A DNA stretch of 64,000 nt, taken from Candidatus Latescibacterota bacterium. Lineage in GTDB: Bacteria > Latescibacterota > UBA2968 > GCA-2709665. A model generated the notes under the pieces. The model ran no database searches and had not been told where the DNA came from. It was given only the letters and a program-made list of their open reading frames with translations. The translations under genes were made by a program, and so were the position numbers. Each line of letters begins with the position of its first letter. Within the stretch, counting starts at the first letter, position 1. This document shows positions 57,286-64,000 of the stretch, in pieces. The stretch is from NCBI GenBank assembly GCA_965205485.1, contig OZ242180.1:3360001-3424000 (forward strand). The letters are read 5' to 3'.

Positions 57286-58728
57286 ATGCCCGCTCCTGAG
57301 TTGAAGAGGGCTGTAGAAGCAGCCGTAAAGGCCATCGACGCCAACGATACCGCTCGCCTGGAGAGTCTCGTTGCGGAGTACCCGGGTCTGCTCACGTGGT
57401 ACAATCCGGACGACGAGTGCGGCGTTCTGCTTTACGCCGCCATTTCGTATGCCAACTTTCCCGGCGCCGAGAATGAAGGCGTCTACAACCGGCCCGACTG
57501 TGCCCGCCTTCTGCTTGACGCTGGCGCGGTTATGCATCCCCGGGTGTACTTGAGGGCGATCGACACCGGCGCCCACGGCATGCTGGCATTGTTTGACGAG
57601 AAGGGCGTACTGCCGGAAAGCCTTCGAACATTGACCGCGAGGGGCGATCTCGAAAGCGTGCGGGGATGTTTCGACCCTGGCGGTGTCCTGTCCGACGTCG
57701 GACGACCACAGGCGGAACTGCGCACCGGGTACTCCGGCGCCGAGGCGGACTGGCCCGATCCCGCGGATGATCGGCTGATCGTTGCCGACGCGTTTCTCTA
57801 CGCCTGCCGGCTGGGTCATCGCGACGTCGCGCACTTCCTGATGAGTTGTTGCCTTCAGCTCGACGACGATCTCAGGACAAGGGTGGAGGCATGGCAGGGG
57901 AAGACGGCCTTTGTCGACTTCCTTCTGGAACAGCGGCCGGAGGGGGGAAGACAGGCGTGCTCGTACCGGGAGGTGGACGACGAACCCGGCCTGATCTGGC
58001 GTAGGGCCGTGGAACTGCGCCTGCTTGCTGCCCTGGACGAGGGAGACGCGGAATCCATCCGAGATCTGCTCGCGACCGAACCCTTTCTCCTGGGACCCCG
58101 CTATCTCGAGACCCAGGAAATGCTGCTTGCAGTTGCGGCCTGCACCGAAGGAAAACTGCCGGTGATCGAAGCCGTGATCACGAGCGGAGCGGCCATCACC
58201 ACTGCGCCTGAACCGCCGGCGTCTCGCGCCATCCTCTATGCTCTCGAATACGGGAATGCTGACTATGTTCCGGCCCTTTCTCAAATCTGGTCCGTGCCTG
58301 ATGATCTGCCCCACGCCGCCGGTCTTGGCGACGTGGAAGCTGTCGCAAAGAGGTTCGCGAACGGCTATCCGAGGTTGGGCGATCCATCCCTGTATGTCTG
58401 TCCTCCCGGAGAAACACCATTGGCCGGCGTTCAGGAGATCGTCGACAGGGCCTTCGCCTGGGCGGTGCAGAACGGGAACTACCCAATCGCGGACTATCTC
58501 CTGGATCACGGCGCGAATATCAACACCAGATGGAGTACCCACGAGCCAGCCAGCATCCTGCACGAATGCGCGTTCGCCGGCCGCATGGAACAGGTGGTAT
58601 ATCTCGTTCGCAAAGGGATCGACGTGACCATCAGAGATCATCGACACAACGCCACGCCGGAAGACTGGGCAAGGTACGCTGGACATGAAGAAATCGCCGA
58701 ATATCTGGCAGGATTGAAGGGTAGGTGA
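57286..58728 (+). CDS. ankyrin-repeat protein
   Basis: AVQNG...ADYLLDHGANIN, LHECAFAG...LVRKGID...TP.DWA. Confidence 0.85.
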   Translation: MPAPELKRAVEAAVKAIDANDTARLESLVAEYPGLLTWYNPDDECGVLLYAAISYANFPGAENEGVYNRPDCARLLLDAGAVMHPRVYLRAIDTGAHGMLALFDEKGVLPESLRTLTARGDLESVRGCFDPGGVLSDVGRPQAELRTGYSGAEADWPDPADDRLIVADAFLYACRLGHRDVAHFLMSCCLQLDDDLRTRVEAWQGKTAFVDFLLEQRPEGGRQACSYREVDDEPGLIWRRAVELRLLAALDEGDAESIRDLLATEPFLLGPRYLETQEMLLAVAACTEGKLPVIEAVITSGAAITTAPEPPASRAILYALEYGNADYVPALSQIWSVPDDLPHAAGLGDVEAVAKRFANGYPRLGDPSLYVCPPGETPLAGVQEIVDRAFAWAVQNGNYPIADYLLDHGANINTRWSTHEPASILHECAFAGRMEQVVYLVRKGIDVTIRDHRHNATPEDWARYAGHEEIAEYLAGLKGR

Positions 58729-58857
58729 TGTATGGTGGGTTTGCCCAATTTTCCTGGTTCATCCAACCAGAAACGAATTTCCGTGGCTGTTCGGTAATGC
58801 CGCGGCTATGCCAATGCGCGCTGAGTGAGTTTGCCGCCCAGCCCCAAAGGAACATAT

Positions 58858-59871
58858 ATGACAGCAGAAGCAAGACCGGACGAGAGCACCGATGGAAAGA
58901 TAATGCATGCGGCAATTCAAAACGGTGACCGCGAGGCAATTGCGCGTTACCGTAACGCGTTCCCGATCCTCGAGCCCTTCAGCGATGCGGCTATTCAAGA
59001 AGGTGCGACGCCGCACAACTGTTCCATCGCTCTTGCCCGTGAACGTGGGTTTGAGGGGCCATTTCATCTTAGTCGATGCTTTTCGGAGAACATCCCTGTC
59101 GCACCCCGCGAGACGTTTGAAGCGCTTAAAGAAGCGGTAAAGGCGTTGGATCTCGACACTGTCGCCGGGATCCTCGATGCGTTTCCCTATCTGGCGAGGG
59201 CACGGGTCTACAAAAAGGAGCTTGGCGTCGAGCGTGGGGCGTCACTTCTGCATCTGGCGATGCCACGATGGGCAAAGGACGGCGGTGACCAGACGACCGA
59301 CCAGCACATTGCGATGGCGTCACTCCTGATCGATCGCGGTACCCCAATAAACACGATCGGGGATGGCGGCGAGACGCCACTCGGTTACGTTGGCTGGCTG
59401 GGTATGAAACGATTCGCCCGGTATCTGTTTGAACGCGGCGCCGACCCCACCGTGACTACCGAGTGGGGCTTCGACGCGCTCGGCACCATCGCCGACCACG
59501 GTCACGTCGAGCTCATGGAGATCTTCGCAGGGGCGGGCGTCTCGTTGACACCCAGGCATCTCGTCCAAGCGCAGATGACCGAACGCCTGGATGCGCTGGA
59601 GGACGCGGATCTACATGCGAGATGCAATATCGGCCACTTTGACGGAGAACGAGGCACGTTGATGCACGTTGCGGCAAACGAGAACCTCCCTGCGATGGTC
59701 GAGTACCTGCACATGCGGGGTGTTTCGCTTGACGACCTGGACAACTTCGGTCGCTCACCAGCACAGTTCGCCGTCGAACGAGACAGGCTCGAGGCGTTGC
59801 GCGCATTAGCGGACTGCGGTGCGACGCTCGATGCCGAGGCAATCCGGTTCCTCGATGATCGAACGTCTTGA
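58858..59871 (+). CDS. ankyrin-repeat protein
   Basis: SLLHLA, GETPL...LFERGADP, TLMHVAA, GRSPA..A. Confidence 0.85.
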   Translation: MTAEARPDESTDGKIMHAAIQNGDREAIARYRNAFPILEPFSDAAIQEGATPHNCSIALARERGFEGPFHLSRCFSENIPVAPRETFEALKEAVKALDLDTVAGILDAFPYLARARVYKKELGVERGASLLHLAMPRWAKDGGDQTTDQHIAMASLLIDRGTPINTIGDGGETPLGYVGWLGMKRFARYLFERGADPTVTTEWGFDALGTIADHGHVELMEIFAGAGVSLTPRHLVQAQMTERLDALEDADLHARCNIGHFDGERGTLMHVAANENLPAMVEYLHMRGVSLDDLDNFGRSPAQFAVERDRLEALRALADCGATLDAEAIRFLDDRTS

Positions 59872-60068
59872 GATGCCTTCACGCCATATCCGCGTGGATT
59901 GCAAAGCTTCCGGGAGGCAGACAGGGAGAATGGAACTATGATATCAGACTCAGTGTGGAAACCAATCTCAGGCTGATTCTGGATGCTGGCTTTTCTGACT
60001 GTACGATACAATTCGATCAATCAGACAACGGTTCTGACGCCCATGGCGTTCTTCAAGCCCATGTATGA
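59868..60068 (+). pseudogene. methyltransferase C-terminal remnant
   Basis: WNYDIRLSVETNLRLILDAGF resembles the fragment at 35946-36185 (-). Confidence 0.45.
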
Positions 60069-60244
60069 TCGAACCGACAGCGCTTGCGGCTCCTGGCGTC
60101 CCAGCCCTTTTCCAGCTTGCCTGCGGCAAGTTCTCCGGACGTTTCACGCAAGGGCTCTCTGGCGTGAATTGGTGCAAGACAATACCGTGGCAGCCCTGAA
60201 AAACCATATTGCAACCTGTAACCGCGTGGGCGAGATCCTATTCA

Positions 60245-60751
60245 ATGTCTCGTGAAATCGGACCGGGAACTCACCTGTATTGGTCGGCGAAGTCCGGCCT
60301 TTGCTCCGGAACCGTTGTAAGGCCCGGAGACTTCAAGAACTATCTGATGCGTCAGGTCCTGATCGAAGTCCAAACGGGCTCTCCCGCGGTAACGGTTCCA
60401 AATGCCGCCGAGACAGGTCGTGCGATGTTGGAACTCGCGTGGGAGACCGTTCGGCAACGGGGATTTCCAAATAGGCCAACTCGGTTTGAATGCCTCTTTC
60501 TCTGGCCGGAAGCGAGTGCGGCCAGACGATTCGACTCCCACAGGGAAGCGTGCGAACTGTATGATGTCGAGATTCTTGAATGCTCGCGCGCGTTCACTGC
60601 TGATATGAACCTGATAAGTTACTTCGAAGCGTCGGAAACCCTTGCATCGATGTTCGAGAGGGCGCGAAGATACTGGCAGGCCGAGCGGAAGGACGAGCAC
60701 GGAGAGATTCTGTTGGAAGGGACAATTCGGATTCAGGGGACGATCTTTTAG
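60245..60751 (+). CDS. DUF2441-like protein
   Basis: ELAWETVR...FPNRPTRFECLF, RYWQ, EILLEG. Confidence 0.65.
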   Translation: MSREIGPGTHLYWSAKSGLCSGTVVRPGDFKNYLMRQVLIEVQTGSPAVTVPNAAETGRAMLELAWETVRQRGFPNRPTRFECLFLWPEASAARRFDSHREACELYDVEILECSRAFTADMNLISYFEASETLASMFERARRYWQAERKDEHGEILLEGTIRIQGTIF

Positions 60752-60878
60752 ATGAAAACCGGGGTTGGCTGCCGGCTGCGCCGCCTTGTCCATCGGCGAC
60801 TCGCTCAGTGAGATCGAAGGGCGCGGCGACGATACAGGTAGTGGGAAGAGAGAATCTACAATACTTGAGGAAGTACCT

Positions 60879-61778
60879 ATGAATTACGAGTTCAGGCTCA
60901 ACTGCGGGCTCTTACGCTTGTTTGACGAGTTTGATTCCTCGCCGGATGAGTCGGCGCCTCGCTTCCAATATGAACTCTCGCATCCTGAGCTCGAACGTCT
61001 GCGCGAAGAATATAGCCTTGATCAGGTTGCGGGAGGAGGAGACGAGTGGTCAAAGGTCCTGAACTTGATGCAGTGGATGTCAGAAGGCGTATGCCACAGA
61101 GGCGACATAACCAAATCACGGCCCGAAGTCTGCGAATCGCTGCCCATGAACGCTTCGGGACTTTTGAAATATTCGTTCGGCAAAGGCGAGGACTGTGGCA
61201 TCAACTGCTACATGCTGTCTATCGTGTTGACAGAGGCCTGCCTGTCTCTGGGGTTGCCGACCCGAATCGTGTCACTGAATCCCTTGAATCCATACGACTA
61301 CGACAATCATCTGGTTACGGTGGTTTGGTGTGCTTCCCGCTCGAAGTGGGTGATGGCTGATCCTTCGTACAACGCGTATCTGCGTGACTCTGACGGACTT
61401 GTTCTGAGCCCATGGGAGACCAGGGATCGCCTTTGCCGACACGAGACCATTTTCTGCAACGACGAGCTGAGCCACAATGGAGCCAGGTACAGCTCAGAAG
61501 ACTATCTGACTTACCTGGCGAAGAACCTGCTCTACATGCACTCCCCATGCTTCAACGGCTTCGGAAGCGTTACTTCAGGGAAGACGTGGCTCACGCTGGC
61601 CCCGAAAGACCTGGACGTCTGCAAGCGTGAGACATACAACCTGAAATGGCGTGAAGAGGCCGAAAGCGGGAAATGGGAGAACGAGGAACTTCAGAGTCTT
61701 CTTGAGAGACGAAGGTTGGCGGGAGGCCACGCGGTCACGTCTTCTGTCGCGTCTTTTGCGCAAGCGCCTAAAGGATGA
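60879..61778 (+). CDS. transglutaminase-like domain protein
   Basis: GINC..LS..L.E, DNHLVT, KWVMADPS (C-H-D triad). Confidence 0.82.
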   Translation: MNYEFRLNCGLLRLFDEFDSSPDESAPRFQYELSHPELERLREEYSLDQVAGGGDEWSKVLNLMQWMSEGVCHRGDITKSRPEVCESLPMNASGLLKYSFGKGEDCGINCYMLSIVLTEACLSLGLPTRIVSLNPLNPYDYDNHLVTVVWCASRSKWVMADPSYNAYLRDSDGLVLSPWETRDRLCRHETIFCNDELSHNGARYSSEDYLTYLAKNLLYMHSPCFNGFGSVTSGKTWLTLAPKDLDVCKRETYNLKWREEAESGKWENEELQSLLERRRLAGGHAVTSSVASFAQAPKG

Positions 61779-61916
61779 TTCGGATCACTGCTGTCCAAGA
61801 ACCGTGGGAATCTTGCAGATAGGGTCCGAAGAGTGGATTCGATTCGTGATTTTGGACGTGTCTGATCAGGATAACGGAAACAAGGTTGCCATCGGTCGTT
61901 GTTTGCTGCAACGCAA

Positions 61917-62136
61917 GTCATTCTGAGCGCAGTCGAAGCATCGTTCGCGGCTTCAGTCCCGCGTTGGGGGCGGACGTGCTGCCTCTTGGGTATTGAAACG
62001 TGCAAAACGCGCGCGGATGCCCCGATGCTGCAGTAGATCCTTCGTCGGCCAGGGTACCGGCCCCGGATGGCAGTCTGATGTCGAATGAAACCGATGCATT
62101 TCGCGGACGTTGCACCCAGGCCTCCTCTGGATGACA
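61917..62136. repeat. REP-like element homologous to 47579-47742
   Basis: GTCATTCTGAGCG..GTCGAAGC...CCGATGCTGCAGTAGATCCTTCGTC...CTCTGGATGACA. Confidence 0.75.
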
Positions 62137-62207
62137 GTCCTTGCCAACGCCTGACCGACACATTTCGCCACCTGAATGTAAGCGGAAACAGCCAGTTGAG
62201 AGAGCAA

Positions 62208-62999
62208 ATGAGCCACCCGAAGGCATCCATAGCTACCTCCTTTGCATACGACTGCCCACTTGAGGATTTGCTTCCCTTGATAGCTGAGGCAGGATTCACG
62301 CATGTTTCGCTTGGAGCACAAGAGCCACATTCGAGCTACCTTGGAGACGCGAGGAGATCCGGTTTGCGGAATCTCCTGCTTGACTGCAACCTGCAAATGG
62401 ACACAATTCACGGCAAACCACTTCACCTTCCCCAGGCGCATTCGACCCTGGCCGCCACGGTAGAATCCGCGGCCTTTCTCGATGTGCCGACGGTCGTGGT
62501 ACACGCCGGGCCATTCGTCCTGGAGTCCAGGGAGATGCATGAACACCTCGAGGCGGCTCTCGCCACCTGCGAGGCTCTGACTTCAATCCTTCGGGATAAC
62601 GGAGTTAAATTGGCACTTGAGAATGTGCATCCCGGACCCGCCACGGATCTTGTACGACGTGTTCTTGACAGTCTGCCTGGTGACGTTTTCGGGTTTTGCT
62701 ACGATTCTTCACATGATCAAATAGGAGGTCCGAAGCCCTTCACATTGCTCGGGGATATGTCAGATCGGCTTCTGGCGCTTCACTTGTCAGATCGGGTCCG
62801 GGAGTATGTTGACCATGTCATTCCCGGCCATGGGTTCATTGACTGGGAGAATCTGTGCGGGCGTATCCGCAACACCGATTACGGTGGGCCAGTAACACTT
62901 GAGGTTCTGACCGAACATTCGAGGGTGAAGGAGAGGAAAGAGTTCGTGAGGTTGGCTTTCGAGCAAGCCGCGAGGCTGTACAATCTGGCCTTTGCGTAA
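62208..62999 (+). CDS. sugar phosphate isomerase/epimerase (xylose isomerase-like TIM barrel)
   Basis: LALEN, FCYDSSH, LHLSD, H..PG.G.IDW, YGGPVTLE. Confidence 0.88.
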   Translation: MSHPKASIATSFAYDCPLEDLLPLIAEAGFTHVSLGAQEPHSSYLGDARRSGLRNLLLDCNLQMDTIHGKPLHLPQAHSTLAATVESAAFLDVPTVVVHAGPFVLESREMHEHLEAALATCEALTSILRDNGVKLALENVHPGPATDLVRRVLDSLPGDVFGFCYDSSHDQIGGPKPFTLLGDMSDRLLALHLSDRVREYVDHVIPGHGFIDWENLCGRIRNTDYGGPVTLEVLTEHSRVKERKEFVRLAFEQAARLYNLAFA

Positions 63000-63081
63000 G
63001 GAAGAAGGCATGCGAAAGGGAACTTCGTGTCCAATTCGACGATGGGATCTGTTCTGCGCGCGCTGAAAGGCAGGCAAAACA

Positions 63082-63936
63082 ATGTCGCTAAACAAGCATG
63101 ACATATGGGCGGACCTGAGGTATGCCCTTGATGAACTGGATAGGCCCTCGCGCGACATACGTAACCGCTTGACTGATGCTGCAAACTTAGATGCACAATC
63201 TGAGAATGAGTTCTTCAATAGACTACTTCTGATTGCACAACTCTCCTCAGCATACTCAAAGGCAAGGGCAAGGGCAGACACGAGGAATGCTCACGAAGCA
63301 ATCGAGAAGGGCCTAAAGGCGATTCTGATAGACGGTGGCCTGTCAGAGAACCACGTTCGTTCTCGCGGGCACGAGCTACACCGACTGTTGGCGGATGTTC
63401 AACAACATAACCCAACGGCATTCAATGAATTAGAGCGGTGTTTTGACAGTACGATCCAATATCTGGAGAGCGTCACAACCATCCAGCACACCACAAACAT
63501 TGTTGACTATTTTCGGAAACACGGCAAAGCGGAAATATTCGTAGCAAATAGGTACGGGAGTATCGACGGAAATAACAACAAGCATGGGATGATTCACTTG
63601 GTCTATTGTGAAATTATCCATGTGCTATTGTCGCTCATATTCGGCTGGACTCCCAAGGACGTAAATTTCCGCATCGAGGAAGAGGCAAGAAAAGCAGTAT
63701 TGGCCGATAGCAAACTTGACCCGGCGTGGGACGCAACGGAGTGGTTGATTCGGGGGCCCGTTCGCCCGCGACTGGAAGCCATCGAAAACCTGGAGAACAA
63801 TAAAGTCCTCCGCGCTTCCGTGAGGAGGTGTGCGAGGGAATCTAAGGATAGCAGGATTAAGTATTGGGCTAAAGGGCTCAGGTACAAACTCTTCGAAGCG
63901 AGAAGTAAGGCGCGAGCTGAGCGCCGGGATGGGTAG
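63082..63936 (+). CDS. hypothetical protein with HEPN-like segment
   Basis: AHEAIEKGLKA...RGHEL..L resembles HEPN helices. Confidence 0.6.
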   Translation: MSLNKHDIWADLRYALDELDRPSRDIRNRLTDAANLDAQSENEFFNRLLLIAQLSSAYSKARARADTRNAHEAIEKGLKAILIDGGLSENHVRSRGHELHRLLADVQQHNPTAFNELERCFDSTIQYLESVTTIQHTTNIVDYFRKHGKAEIFVANRYGSIDGNNNKHGMIHLVYCEIIHVLLSLIFGWTPKDVNFRIEEEARKAVLADSKLDPAWDATEWLIRGPVRPRLEAIENLENNKVLRASVRRCARESKDSRIKYWAKGLRYKLFEARSKARAERRDG

Positions 63937-64000
63937 ACTTCGATATAAACGCGATCTCCGGCATCGGATTAAAACTCAAAGAAGCCTTGAAGCGGGACGG

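Noticed and set aside
56200..58686. 828-aa minus-strand ORF
   Set aside because: Antisense shadow of two + strand genes with SD sites and recognisable motifs; it has no domain signal of its own.

Overview
Bacterial chromosomal window (high-GC host; the gene content resembles poorly characterised environmental or symbiont lineages, which is inference only) in two parts. (1) 1-13.3 kb is core genome: an A-type cytochrome c oxidase operon (subunits I, III, IV, heme A and heme O synthases, ABC transporter, SCO), a PKD lipoprotein, a MOP flippase, a family-B DNA polymerase ending in the clamp-binding motif QLSLF, and a peptidoglycan-binding membrane protein. (2) ~13.4-64 kb is a run of about 50 short, unrelated, almost all co-oriented genes: methyltransferases, phosphotransferases including an APH(3')-like enzyme, GNATs, VOC proteins, TA modules, ankyrin/Kelch proteins and many pseudogenes. 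Many spacers carry attC-like hairpins. In several cases the inverse core after a gene is the exact reverse complement of the core before it, which is the signature of integron gene cassettes. No integrase is in the window, so this reads as a large, decaying CALIN or superintegron remnant. One cassette has a non-canonical but self-complementary GTC/GAC core. The array also holds six copies of a ~190-bp non-autonomous element (CCTTGATTCG...ATTGAGG) with IS1380-like ends, strand-biased G.T pairing, an internal promoter-like motif and a terminal SD-like GAGG. Family names come from recognised motifs, not database searches.
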